Below, piece by piece: positions 15,001 to 30,100 of a stretch of DNA of 64,000 bases. Under the pieces are notes generated by a model. That model was given only the letters and a program-made list of their open reading frames with translations, was not told the origin of the DNA and made no database searches. The stretch spans positions 31,744,001 through 31,808,000 of the forward strand of contig CAIIXF020000001.1 in NCBI GenBank assembly GCA_903813345.2, read 5' to 3'. The position numbers and the translations under genes are program-made. Every line of letters begins with the position of its first letter. Position 1 is the stretch's first letter. The DNA comes from Owenia fusiformis (Eukaryota).

Positions 15001-17940
15001 CCTGAATGTCTACCAAGCCTTGATGATATAATCCACCTACCCACCCACAGATCATTAATAACATATTAATTCAGGTGTTATTTACAAAAAGAACCAAATA
15101 AAACTCCTCCCTGAAGATATTCTAAATCCATTCAAGACACCTCTGTCAACATTTTTACCAGAGTTCTATTTTGTTCATTTCTTTTAATATTTGTGATGGA
15201 GTTAGACAAGTGAGAAAAGTAGAAATCACCTCAGGTTTAAATTCCTTGAGATTTAGTAGAAATTGTTTTGAGATTGTACCTAATCCCAGGGCTAATATTG
15301 CCCCATTCAATGCCTACTCTGCCACTTTCTACTTGCGCTGTGGTGGCTGTGGGATTAACATGTCACACTACATTCAGTCACTCAAACTGACAATATTAAT
15401 TGAAGTTTCAGTTAGACTACTGGACCTGATCAATTGAAAATCAGTTCAGTTTTTTAAGTTCATTCGAGCTACAAAATAAAATTGACCAACATGGAACTAT
15501 GCTATCTTTGATCTTATCGAAACAATAAAAGCAAAAGATTTCAGTTTCAAGAAAATGTATCATTTTCTGTTATGGCTACTGTTGTCAGAAGCCCCATTTA
15601 CTAAACTAAGGGGTTATAAACCATGTTTAAAATATTTACATACACATGAATTACCAGATTTATATCTATAGAAAACATATAGAAACCCTGAACTGAAAGC
15701 GGAATTCAACAAAGTCGAATTATTACAACATTGAGGCACTTGAAATCCTAGAGATCAAAGTTATTTTGTTCCCAATCCATCAGTATTCTTATGTTTAAGG
15801 TACTTCATCGATTCTGTGGATTACGAAAATGAAGTCAAAGGCAATTGATCTGTTAGTAAAATACTACATATAACAAATTGGAAGACATCATTTAACTTTA
15901 TTTCAAACTTTCAAAGGTAATCTTTTTGACAGAATAATTGAGATAGAATTTTATTTCTAGAAAACACAGTCTCTAGTTTTTCACAGAACATTGAAAAGAG
16001 GTTCAAATAATCATAAATGACCCTGTGTATGTTTCACTCGATGATGAATGTTCTTAAGGTTGAGTTAACATCAAGAGGGATGAGACCTGTTTGAAAGGAT
16101 TTTATTTGAAAATGTAACTGTACGAGACTTGATAGATATTCAGTGAATGGTAACACAGATGTGTGTGCCCCTGTGTAACCTTGTACAATATGTCATATAC
16201 CTTGTGATTTAATAAACCGCTTCCTTGTTCATATGTCTTACAAATCATTGTGAGTTTTGCTCCTGCTTTTCAGCCATGATTATTGCCATATTGTATTCAA
16301 CACAAAGCTACGTGTCACCCTAGGCTGGTTGGCTTTCACAGAATCACAGAATGATGAGTGGCCTATATATCCTAAGGTGATAAGGAGTCACATCTATCAA
16401 TGGTATAATAGCAGAAAGTATTACTATTATATACTATTGTACAACCATCAAGAGCAGGGCTTAATTATTTTCTGGTAACATCAGAATAATGTTAGATGCA
16501 AGAGAAGTGCTGTCGGGCAGGGTCATCCATCTTCCCTTGAATATATATATGTACAAACCAAATTCTTGAATTTATATTTTAGACGCATTGACCTGAACTT
16601 GGGGCTTTAAGAATTCATAAAATATTTGAAGGAGTAATACTATTAGTTTATTTTGATTTTATGAATACCAATCATCGCTTTATTAAACCTAATCTTCAAA
16701 TTCTTTTACAATGAATACAAGTGTAACTATATCTCTATATATCCCAAAACAATTCTTCATAAGTATGCCATATCCGCCAAAATTCCTTTTCTGTTCATTA
16801 AACACTTACAAGACAGAGAAAGAGATATAATATTTATGAAGTAACCGGACAATTGTTGTTTACCATTATACTCCACCATTTTCCAATTTTACTATATCGG
16901 TCAGTAGCACTTCCAGCTAAAATTGAAGAGAATCTACTGGTAGACTGGAAAAGTTAGATAACAATTTTGACTCATACTCGTTTCCCAGTTTGATTTTCAA
17001 TGAACACATCATACCTTGGAAATCCAAGATGATTTTGACTAACATTCATGTATAAATCAACCAGCAGTAATGGAAACTCAAAATAGGCATCCACCCATAT
17101 ATCCAACTTACTATATAGATGAATACAATATAATGTATATACGTATTTAAATATCCGTTGGTTAAATTATAGTGTACCAGTAAAGCGCTCACTGAGCATG
17201 CTCTGTAAAAATCTGAAGTCACGTTTGATATTAAAGTTAATGTTTGATTCACTTATGAACTTGATTTCAACTTTATAAATCCATTATAGTTTGCTCATTG
17301 CAACAGAAACATAATCATTTCATTTGAAGTATTATTTAAAGAAACTTATATTCTGAAGATATGAACCAGAAAATACAAATTAAATATTTACAAACTGTAT
17401 ATATATTTGATAAGAAAGATCAAACCAAATAAACAATTAACCTCAATGACAAGTTTTCCAAATTGTATCATTTTCTAATTTTGATAACATTTTCCAATTA
17501 ATAGGCTGAAATAATTAATCATTCAGTATATAGTTACCCCAGGAGATTGCGACATAAATGCGATACAGGTGCTTTTGAGGATGTGCCAAATTTAGTTAAA
17601 AAACTAATAAAATCATGTCATCTGCATCTTTATTCCCATAAAGATTGAAAGATAAAACATACGAGTTAACAGGTTAATATCTGTACAGTGTTAATGTCTT
17701 GAGCTCTCTCAATGAAATGGCCTCAAATCTTTAAAAAACATCAAAATCATTGATTGGGGTGCAATAAAGTATGTTCTGAAACATTAACTTTTATACTGAA
17801 ATCAAATTAGGGACATTTTGTTAAATTCTCTGATAGACTTTTGAAGGTTTTGAAGAGCTGAGGAAATATTAACATAACATATTGAAAATCCAAATAATAA
17901 CAATAAATACAGAGAAACCTGTGAAAATGGAACACATAAA

Positions 17941-18150
17941 TAGTTCTATTGGAAATTGGTCTTGGGAGGCATTCTATTTATAGAAGTTATATTAAAAATT
18001 AAGTCAATTGGCCATGGGGCTTTGAAAGCTTGTTCCACACTTGGGAGGCTTTCTATTTTCATAGGTTCAACTAACACTAAGTCAATTACTGGAGCTTTGA
18101 GAAATTGTTCCACTCACGAGGTGCTCTACTTATATGCTTTTACTAAAACC
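17941..18150. repeat. Diverged ~80-bp tandem duplication (2-3 units)
   Basis: AAGTCAATT..GGRGCTTTGA..TTGTTCCAC recurs at ~18001 and ~18079. Confidence 0.5.
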
Positions 18151-21100
18151 CTTATCAAGAACAAAAATTCAAAAAATTTAATTTATTTTTTAAAGATCAT
18201 GTTAAATGTCAATTGACTATTCTTCAGATCCAGGGGCAGGAAAACTACTATTTGTCTGGCACCTCCCCAAAGAGCACACTATACTCCTTTCTTTATGATT
18301 TTTTTCAATATCTTACATTCCATTTACTTGTAACTTTCAGTGATATTTACTCAGTAGTTCTCAATAAGTTTGAATAAACTGTTCAAGAGAACCAGGGCTT
18401 ACAAGTGGGCAAATAAAATTGACTGCAGATAAAGAAAGTGGTGGAGGTCGTGAAGAATGTCACAATATTACATCAACACACACCCGCTATTCCAATAAGA
18501 CTCCAGAAAACATGCACGCAAGATTTGTCCTGACCAATAAAACAACAATGCATCAAATGAGACCAAACAATAATTTAATTATTTAGAGCACCTCCTAGGA
18601 AAACAAAATCAAATCTATTCTGATACTTTTAATACCTCTGAATTAAAGTGAATACATTTCATTTCAATTTTAACACAAGATATGGCAGGTGTGCAGAGCA
18701 TGTAATACACCCTTCTATTTAGATAAATTGATTCACTGATCACTTTCCCAGGGTCTAGATTGATATTGGATATTCAGTGACGATTTCAAGTCTATTAAAT
18801 CAAAGATCATTTATAAAGCCATGATTTTGAATAAAAATTCTGACAAGGGATCACATGGTGAACTCATGAAGTAAGAGAATTAAAGAGTGTTATAGTGATA
18901 AACACAGACACAATTGTATGACAGCCTGAGAAAATATGCCATTACATGCATTGTCACCTCCGTATTTATAACTTACACTTTTCATTATGCAATTAGCTTT
19001 GGGATACAATGGATTGCATGACAAAAAGGGAAGTTCATAAAACATTTCAACTTAATCAAAGGTGACAATTTAGCTTATTTTGCTAGCAAGTAATTGATGC
19101 TGAATATGAGACTTGAATCCTATGATGGATGTACTGACAGATGCTGCTATGCACAATGTCATTCCTTGTTGTGGCATTTCTATTTAGACATTGCATGACA
19201 ATATATCAATGTCTAGCAAAATTAACAAAACTTATCATCAGAGGTGAAATGACAGCATCTAGTCGCATCTCTGCTTCTGATTGTCCATTTTTCTCATATA
19301 TGTTCACCTGAGTAATTTGTGTTGGTTTCCCCTGTGAAATTATGGAGGATTCAAAGTATGGAAACTTCTATTATGAAAAAATAATACATAAATTGTAAAA
19401 ATCTTTAGGTTTCCTGAAATTTGGGGATTTTTAGAAAATAGACTTGACAATGAAAAATATGGGCCAAAAATATTCTCAAATTGAAACAATCTTTGCCATT
19501 AGCTTGATTGTTAGATCTCATTCTCCTTTGAATGTTCAAATTGACTTAAAAAGGGACAACGAAATGTTAAAAGCTAATTCTATGAAGTGGTCAAAACATT
19601 TTGTGGTGCCCGGGTAATGCCCACAGCAAAGGCTCCACGAGTGACCACAAGGAACTAAAGCTTAGCCCATAAGTGAATAATAACAGTAATTAGTAGAAAA
19701 AAACATCAGACAAAATTGTAAATCAGACCTGAGAACTGAGTGTCAGCAAAACATTAAATTTTAATTTTAATAGAAATTGACAGGTAATTCATGGTTGCAT
19801 TTACAATATGAAAGGAGGCACAAAGGAGATGGAAAGTGTGTCACATATAAAAAGAGAATTTAATAAAACAAGCTGTTTATGAACTGAAATCACCTTTTTA
19901 AGGATCCAGACTTGTATTTCAACATCCCCAAAACATGTATCCTATTTTCAACATCTAAATTAGCCTGTCTCCATAAAATGTATCCTGGATATGGGGTCAT
20001 TAGATTTTTTGAAAATGTAGCCAGTTTTCTACTGTTTGTACCAGATACCCTTAAGGCCCAGCCCTTCATTTTGGTGTATACAAACTTCTCTGCTATCTTC
20101 TTTTATTTAGACTCCGCTGCTACATATATTTACTATATTCCACTTATCTGGATAATGTAAACATCTCTTGATAATATTTATCAACATTGTGCTTGAGGTT
20201 TTATATTTTAAAACCCCAAATAAGAGGCAAGTACACACAAGTGAGGACACGGCAACAACACAACCATACTTAACTCATAACTATAATAAAGACTAATCAT
20301 TATAACATGAAATGACATTCATATCTACTTCTCACAACAGAACTTATCTTTAACAGTGATTTCAATTCACTTATTATGTAACTTTGATGTTATATCAATT
20401 CATAACAGGAATACATTTAAATTGAGATATGAATACAAACCTGATTCACAAAATGAAACATGGATTTTGCAATAAATATTTGTTATTGGATGTTTTTGAC
20501 AGATAACCTTACTTTAAAGATAGTGTGTACGTCAATTGATTAAATTTCTGACTTGTAAACACAACTTTATAAAAAGGATGTAACAAAATACATCTTAAAA
20601 ATTCATTGAAATTATTATTAAAATTAAAATACATATATCAGATTTAGAATTTAAATCAAAAATTGAATTATATTTTGTATGTATTCAAAGGTATTACTTT
20701 TTAAAATCAATCAATCTGGTTTCATATTTAAACCACCATGTCACATACATCCGACTTAAACAATAAATTGTTGACATCTGAAAGTATGAGTAAACCATCC
20801 CTTTTCAAGTGTTTGTCTTTTTGTCGCTATAAGACATGTATATGGTTTTAAACATCCCTGAGTCAGGCTTGAATACAATGTAAAAATTACAGTATGTCGT
20901 CATAAGCAGACTTTTATAGGTGACTGTCAAAGTCACTATAATCATAAAATTAATCTATTTATCTCTGAGTTTTCCAACCTTAAAAAATAAAGTTAAAGAA
21001 GAGGTGTCCAGAGGAGTTCTTGTATCATAAAGTTGCCTGCATATATTTCTTTGACTAAAAGGCTTCAATAAATCATATGATAACTCACATATATCACTTC

Positions 21101-24100
21101 TGAAAAGGAATAAAAAGGAAATAGTACAAAAAGACCAATTATGATCCAAGGCAACAAAATGATAATTTACAGTAGAGAACCTTCATATATAAAGCTTAAT
21201 TACAACAAAAAGCTGTATTTCTCCTGATTATTGCCATTGAGCCATTCTGCAAAGCTGATTGTCTCAATGAATTGACATTGAAGTATGAGGAGGTCTGGTT
21301 TTATGAATTGGATCAAGGCTGACTCATTCCCCAAGTTGATAATTAAGCAATTGTTTTAGTCAAGATTAGACAATATTACATCTGCTACAAGACCTAATAT
21401 AACAAAGAATTAATATAACTTCTGATCCAATAGTCACTTGAAAATAAATGCTCATTAATCTCCCTTGATGCTCAATAACGAACTTATATATCATAGAGTC
21501 ATAAAATGGCTTTCTTTCAGGAACTCTTTCAATTGATCTTTGGGAATTCACTTCGTCCATATTGTCTTTATTGGTGATTTCATTTGAAATCCAGAAAATT
21601 AAATATTGGTTGATTGGATTGTAGAATGAATCTTTGAGGCCACCAGAATCTCTTTATTTTAGGTTCATTTAGTTGTTATGAAGGTTGGTATTACATGTTC
21701 ATAGAAATTCCATATAAGTTCCGAACGTGACTTGCAAAGAGCTGCAGTATTCGTCATACATTATTTTACATACAACTCCATTGTAGTATTCTTATATCTT
21801 ACACTAATATTTGTATCCTAGATTTTCCTTTCTCTGAGTTAGATTATACTTCAAATTCTTATTCAAGGAGATCCAAGGATTTGAACTTGAACTGGTAAAC
21901 ATAAACAAAACTTGTGACCAGGACCTCCTGTAACTTGAACATTATTTCAGGAACAAAAAACATGATGTTGGAAAGTCAAATATCAATTAATCAGTTCACT
22001 TTACTTTCTACCTGAGCCAATACGGATGTTATTTCACATGATAAAACTGCTATTCTCTAATCTTCATGTATTGGTTTTGAATGTTCAAAAAATTTCTTTA
22101 TTTAGTAATAACATATTGTAAGAAAACAAGACTTTTGGCTTCACTTTATGAGAATTTATGACTGTTATAGAAACTATTTCCTTTTTAGCTTGAAAAGGTA
22201 ATTTTGACATAACAATAATGAGAGCTGTAAGGTAATTCAAGCTGTAAATGGGAAATAAATGTCACCAAGTTTACATGGGTTATTCCTTTACTCTACAAGT
22301 CAATGGTAAATATTGACCTGACCAAGGCATAATCACAAGAGAAAATAGCAACTACCAATGCAGTTTCTATTTGGACAAAAAAGTTCAATATTAACCTTTT
22401 TATGCTTTCTATTAAGGACAAAACTTAAACACACTTCTTTGAATTATTGCATTTTCAGTTTGCCTTTTTGAGAAATGAATCAAGAATCGTGAGTTTATGA
22501 ATTGTGGCAAAATATATTTGATTTTCTAGATCTGTGAATATTTTTATTCTCAATTAAACAGCCAGAGAGTATTTTACATTTCCAAATGGTATCACATGAG
22601 CTTTATTTACAAACATCCAGTTTTTTATGATCATGGTCCATTATGTTCTTTCACATTTTATCTAGCATCACCTTAATTTTCAATAATTTACCATGGGAAC
22701 ACAGTATAAAGCAAGCCCACTGAAGCAATTAGAATAAAGATGCCTTGTTGAAGCCTACATTAACTGACCCTAGTGACTGAATTAGGACAAAGGTAGAGTT
22801 TCTGCTCAATACTCCCAATTGTGCCATGATTGAACCACTTTTGTCCTATGTCCAGGGTCTTCTACTCCAAGGAAAGCAAATAACACCTGTTGATCTACTA
22901 CGGCCCTTTTTCCCAGGCTTGTAGTAGAGCCATACCCGCCAAAATATCACTCAATATAATTACTTGGTGAACAGTTATTAGACTATAGGCACTACTTAAC
23001 ATCTTTCCATGATGATTGTGGCTCCATTGAAAAAGGAGGAGTTTTGAAAGCGTGTGACCCACAGTTGACAGATGTGGCAGTGTGCCAAGCATGGACGTGT
23101 GGACTATGGGGCGTGTGGGAAACCTCATCGGGAATATGACCCCACTGCCCAACAAACACATAGATGTAACTGGTAGAAATAAAACACCTTGATAAAGCAG
23201 CCATAGTTCAAATCAAACACAAGAATATTTATTATGCCTTTATACTTCTGTAATTTCATATCATAATGACCCGCCACTGAACTGATCAGTATGTGTTTCT
23301 CTTATATAATATACATGTATATTAAATGCACTAAATAATTGCACAGTCTAATCAAGGTTTGATTGTTAAGTGTAAAACAATGGTCTCTTGCAGTGGTCAG
23401 TAGGTCATTGCCTGACTCCAGGGGTATATAGGCTATCACTTTAATGAGTATTTGGCAGTTGATCTATCAACTATTTGACCATTGTAGACTACTTATCTAT
23501 AATAGGTAAATAAATGATTGAACTAGCAACTACAATACATCATATAGACTTAACATGCTAACAGGATTCAATAGAGCATGGCCATAAAATGATGTTTCAC
23601 TAGTTGCAGTTAAAATACCAGGTTAAATGTCTTCTAAATTGAAAGCAAAGTTCATGAAATCACAATCTACCATCAAGCTATACGTATATTATCCATGGTC
23701 ATGAAACTCTGAACTCTGATGTAGCAGAGATGAGTGTCAGTTGTGAATCATGTATTATCAGTTAAGATGATTATTCATGAGTGAAAGCTTGTTGTCTGTC
23801 TGAGTCAGGAAGAAAACCAATTTATAAGTGAATGTATCATAAAACATATCCCCAGAGTGGAGAGTGAAATCACTGCTTATTCCAGTAGGCTTTAGTCACC
23901 TGAATCAAATTCGATAACAAACTTCTAGTATACACTTCAAATTGATTACTGCTAGATCTATAAGAAATTAATTGCTGCTTTTATAATTCTTTATTATGGA
24001 AGCCATTTCTCTTTATAAATTATTCTTTAATATTTCACTCTTTGCATCTCATTTACAAAAACAAACTTTACTGAGCTCATGGAAACTTATTTCAGGCTTA

Positions 24101-27100
24101 AATATATGGTTCTTTGATAGCAGTTCATTACATGTTCTGGATCTTATTCCCCAGGGTAATTGAAGTTTATTTTGACTAAAAGTTTCACATTTCGGTATTC
24201 TATCTACTAAAAGTCAACATCAATTCCTTAAATTCCCTCTATAATTCTCAAGCTCCAACTCAGTTCCTACGATTCCTGAAGTCAATTTAGAAAAGGTTTG
24301 ATGATAATATTTCATAACATTTTTAAATAATTGAGCTGATACTATATTCCTTGTAACATTAAGCATGCATTCTTGGTGATTATTGCATGAAAGATGATAT
24401 TGTTTTATGACTGAAATGGAAAATATTTGCTGACAGGCTTAGGGAAATAGCTGAGGATTTCCAGTTGCATCCTAATTTGATACAATATTACATCAGCTTA
24501 TGAGCAGTAATTAGGGACACTTGGTGGTTTATAGATTATGGACAATTTAGCCTGGTATTTCTGGTATAATTTCCCTTCAAATATACAAGAGAATATTTTC
24601 TATTTAACACACACAGGAGAGTTAAATGGAATGGCATATTGTTCATAGAATATCCAGTATGCTGAACACCCATGTAGATCAAGATTTTCATCTGCCGCAT
24701 GGATTAACATATATGTATTAATTAATACCTATTACTGACATCTTATACAGGATGATAATATACCTGTCAAGGTCACTGAAAACTGTTATTACTGACACAT
24801 CCTAATGCCAAAGATAATCCCAAGGTCAATTCACAAAATTCTTGAACAAGTTTTGAGCGAAAAACAAGAAAACAAACGTCATGGCAATTAACCAAAGAGA
24901 GTAAGGATTCTTCTTTCTTTTTCGATGAGTATGTCTGGAGCAATAATTTCATCTAAAAGGATGCTGGAAACCATATGTGGGATACCACATCTTCCTCTAT
25001 TTTTATCCTAATGCTAAAAGACGTCTGCTGGTAAGTCCATGGAGGGCATTATGGGAGCATTATGGAGAAGATTAGAACCAGAACATTTTACCTGCAGTTT
25101 TACCTAGCCTTTCGTGGCTTCTCAAAATTTAACCAGATGAGGGAATTTGGGAAATAGGAGTTGAATGTGTGACCCCTTAGAAAGCTTAAACTTAAAATCT
25201 TAAAGCTTGATGTAAACCAAAGGGACAATACACACCAAAATCCACATTCTAATACCTAGATACCTGAGGATATAGTCAGAATATTTCAAGTCTAAATTGT
25301 TTTAGATAAATGTACATTGTAAGATGTAGTTTACTTGGAGTGTTTATCCAATAAGGAAAAAGTGCAAGCTCATTTACTGTCAAGTGGCAATTTGTGTAGA
25401 AGTGAATGTAAATTATTTATGTAAGTTAATATGATGCTGTCAGATAGTTAATCTCCTATATACAACATAAGATAATGCACAAATGCTTTATATCTTTCAC
25501 TGTAGCATTCACATGTACAATTGCATGTACATTCAGAAACAACTGAAAAAATGATTCATCTTTTTCACTAAATGCATGTTGAAAAGCACTTTTTCTTTGG
25601 ACTCACTAGGATTATAAAACAGATATAATCTGTTTAGACTCTCCTAAAATACTGGACAGCTTACATTTGACTACAAGAATGGATCCCATCATTTTGTAAA
25701 GAACACAGAAAATGCCAAAACAATCTGTTAAATAGTCTCATATAGGTAGAGATTAAGAAATCATGTGTAGCAATAGGTTTAAGGTGAACCCAGGTAGCAT
25801 GAGCCTGCCTATCTGACTGACATAGCACAGAACATAAAGCACATAATTGTTCAGTAGTCCCCTGCTACAACCTTAATGAGATATGGGTATCTGATTCACA
25901 TTATACAAGATATCTCAGTATAACAATCTCATATTCTGTCTAAAGCCTTTTATCATCTATATTCTTCTTTTAGCATTTTCAGACAACAGGGCCTGTATTC
26001 AAGTTCTGACACTGAGAAGGGAACAATGATGTGGGATACAAAAATAAGAACGGAAACCTTGCTTTGTATGTACACATGAAGATAACTCCAGTCAGAACAC
26101 AATCTACATCTAAACAAGACCAGATATCCTGCACATATAGTCAAATAGATCTTTTACGAAAGCAGAAAGCTATTTTTACAAAAGGGTTGTACAATGAGCT
26201 TAAGGAACAGTGAGATAAGTTAATCCACACAACTGATTTCCTCTAACAAGAGGTCATTCTGGCCCCCTTAATATGCCACATACTGACATCATTGGATAAC
26301 ACTACACTAACAAAAGTTGCCATTATGCTATATCAGAATGCGAAAAGTAGCCCACTTAAAAACACAATCTTAGAACAACCCTGGATTGTGCCACACCATG
26401 TATCAGATGTACTTACAATAACAATTACACTGTGCTTATACTATTACTTACAAGATGCTTTTAATTTTCTTAAGAGGAGTACATAATCTGAAATCTCATT
26501 ATAAGGTGCTAGACGTACACACAAGATTAGATAGGACAAATCTGGAGATTCAACTCTTATGCTCAGTTGGGATGATCATGTTCCCAAAGCCAGCTTCACT
26601 TGAAACAAAATCTAGTCAAATACTATATTATTGACAGAGAAACATGTAAAAAATACAAGAATGACTGAGACCTCACATTATGAGTAAGTTTGATACTGTC
26701 AAACATGTGCAATCTGTTATATTTGTTGTTTCATGATGATTGATCTCCCACTTATCACACAGGGGAAAACATAAGTGGATCCTAGGTGACACAAGTGTAT
26801 CTTACTATTTATGGGAATCAGGGATATTTTTTAAAGATAGGCATCAGCTACTGCTGTTACATCCTTTTATATAATGGCACACTTTGTGGCGATTAATTGG
26901 ATATATACAGCAAATATAAAGGCTTCTTTAAAAACTTTGGGCAAAATGTTTAATATGCATTGAATCTTGGGTGGGAGTCATAGGGCATAAAAAGTGATGA
27001 GAACTGACACAATAACAGAACATGACATCTTAAAAAGGGATGCCTCTCATTTGTGTTTTATAATAGGTCATTTCGATCATTAATGTCACTTTGATTGAAT

Positions 27101-30100
27101 TTGTAAAGGTGACGATACAACAAGGTGGTTTGGGCCCTATATGTCACTCAGCGAGCCACTGAATTTTAAATTCAAGCATAACATCTAAAAAACGAAAAGT
27201 TGTCAAACAAAAGAATTAACTACGAGAAATGGTAAAAAACAAGCAGGGGTTTTCTAGTGTCTTTTCTGGTGCAGCAACTTGGAATAATTTGCCAATTTAC
27301 TGTCATTAAATTCAAATTAACGCTACAGAAATCTCATGTTTGATGCATCTACCGCACTAACACCTGAATTTAATAAAAGCTATTTAAAAATTATTTCGGA
27401 TGTGAGTATTCAAAATTGAAATCATCATTGAATCATACATGACAATGATGAGCAAAGTAGGATCCGGCTACAAGTTCCGAAACTGTGGTGTGAGGGATGT
27501 AATTACCATGCCACTGTGGTGACAAGCCCCAGCGCCAGGTCTGATACAGGATACGTGCCTGGAAATCCCCTGCTATGGTACCCCTCAACCAAACACTTTA
27601 GAATCCCTATGGTAGACTTGGCACACTAAAGTTATAATTTCATATGATTACCATCCACCGTTATAAAAATTTTCACTTGACTGATTTTTTTACCTTCAAA
27701 TTGTTGTTTGCTGCATTTGGCAATAATATCCCTGTAGTTAGGTATGGACTTATGAATTTATAACTGAGATCTGGACTCCTACACATGAGCTCCATGGAGG
27801 AAAGTTAAGATGATTTGGCACGGGTGTAAGTGTTGGTGTGGAAACCTTATCCATCATAAGGTTAATGTATGGTTTGAAAACTGAAAACTGACCACGTCTC
27901 CGTTAATATGCTGGCCTGGACTAAACTCGACTGATGTCATAGCAATTTCTATCAAATCCTAATACTTTAATTTAGCATGTAATATGGATATTGAAAAGAA
28001 AATTCACATTGAAAATTTGGAAAGTCAAAAATGCATAGTTATATAAATTTAAATAAAACATAGTTATATAATCAGGACAAATTGAATCTGGCTCAAATAG
28101 GAAAGACGTCATAAAGATGTCATTGGTTTTGTTCTGCTTATTGTCAACAAAATTTGATTTTCATAGAATTAGGTCACTAAATTCAAAATAAAAATGTTGC
28201 AAAGTAGGTTTTGTGAGAACATATCTTAAGAAACTAAATCATTCTGAATAAATAAAAATTCACCCCCTCCCCCTTCAGCCTTCATCCAAGAAAAATCTAT
28301 ATTTGACATCTACATCAGATATATAGCTATAAGAACACAATTGTTTGGAACCTAGACCATCTAGACTGTTATACACAAATCACAATGATTATTGTTAGAG
28401 GTGTGGAGAGATTTTCACACTTTATATTTGATGAACATGTAGTGCACTTTCTTGTGTTTACCTTCTTATTAACGCTAGGAAATAAAACACTTCACAGTTG
28501 AGCAAATGAATAGATACACACAGTATATAAATACTGATTGTTCCAAACACATAACATTGTTTGTTAGATGTCTAATTTCAAAGGTATGTGCTGTGTATAA
28601 TTACAGATAAATGGACCTTATTAATCTATTAATAATTATTAGTCTGTTTAATTCGGATAGCCAGCAGGTGACACCAGTACATGTAAATTATAACATGGTC
28701 GCCTTTATATGAACTCATAAATAACATCTATATCATTTTTATCTTAGCAATATGATAAATAAATACAATATCATTCCCCGAACTGACCTCAAATGCATTT
28801 GGGTTTACAAAACAGGTTACTACTTTCTAAAATAAGATTTTGCGCTTTCAATAATTAATATGTTGAAAAAATAAGATGAACTAAGGGGATGCCTCGGGAT
28901 ATTGGAACTATTACCAACTTTTCAATGTCTGATTTACTCTTTACTTTTCATCGATAGATAGCAGCGACTTTTTTCAAACTCACGCTATACTTGTGTAAAA
29001 ATGTCATTTCGGTAAACATAAAAATTAAAGGGACTCTGATTTATATATGACGCTGTGTAACAAACTTTGAATAAAAAAGATTAAATCTAATATACTAAGT
29101 TATCATCTGAGTTGTATCTAGAAAAATAAATTAGATTTTATTTTTTATTGGTTTTGCTTTTATCTGTATTTATATCTACCTTGTATGCTATAAGCAGAGT
29201 TTGCCTGCCTGCCCAGGGTATGACATTGGGTTGTTAAAAATATCTACACAACTGACATTAATGTGGAAGGTTTACTATATTGAGGACCTGGGGGTTAAGA
29301 CTTTACTACTTGAGTAAATGAAAGATATATTGGTAGATAGTGGATGAAATAGATGAATAGGGCAAATAATAATACACTGTTCATCTCTTTATTATACTAT
29401 ACTGGTGGCTTTAACATGGCATTAAGAAAGGTATGAACTCCCGAAAATAATAAGTTGCAGAGGGTGGAGATTAAATCCAATGAGATTAGATCCATTTTTA
29501 CGAATGTCTCAGACTTAAACCTGTAAATGTTCATTACTCCAGAAGGATATGGATCAAATGTATCAACTTCTTGTTTGAAGGAGATATATATATTTTTGAA
29601 AAGTTTGAACTTTGCTAAAAAAAGATTTAATAATGCTTGTGTTTTGAATAAATCTTGGGTAATTATATATGTAAATATCAAATCAATAATAATATTATTT
29701 TTGGGGTCATATTTTTATACTAATTAAACTAAGATAATATTGAAAAAACAGATTTATTTTTAAACAAGGATATTCATTAAAGAGATCATCTACTTTCCAA
29801 GGATGCCATTATGAGAGGTAGTTAGATTTATCTGATATGTGAATAGGCTAATGGCCCATGAACAGTTAGGGTTAGAGCCATTCAGAAATAATATTCATTT
29901 CATAAATGGACATTGGGTTACAACTGTGGTGAACATGCTGAATCGCTGATGCTCTACCTTGCCCATGTATTGAAAACTTAAACCATATTGAAAAGGACTC
30001 AAAAGCATCATGTTTGCAAATGATTATTGAAACATTCATTGAGGTAAAGATGTTATCTACTGTCCTAGTTCCAACAAAAACCATGTTTCACTTGAATTAA

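Noticed and set aside
16024..16302. Solo-LTR-like stretch (TG...AATAAA...CAACA)
   Set aside because: No matching TSD, PBS or second copy in the window
22870..23170. GC-richer block with overlapping ORFs
   Set aside because: No recognisable protein or good splice sites; could be an enhancer but unsupported
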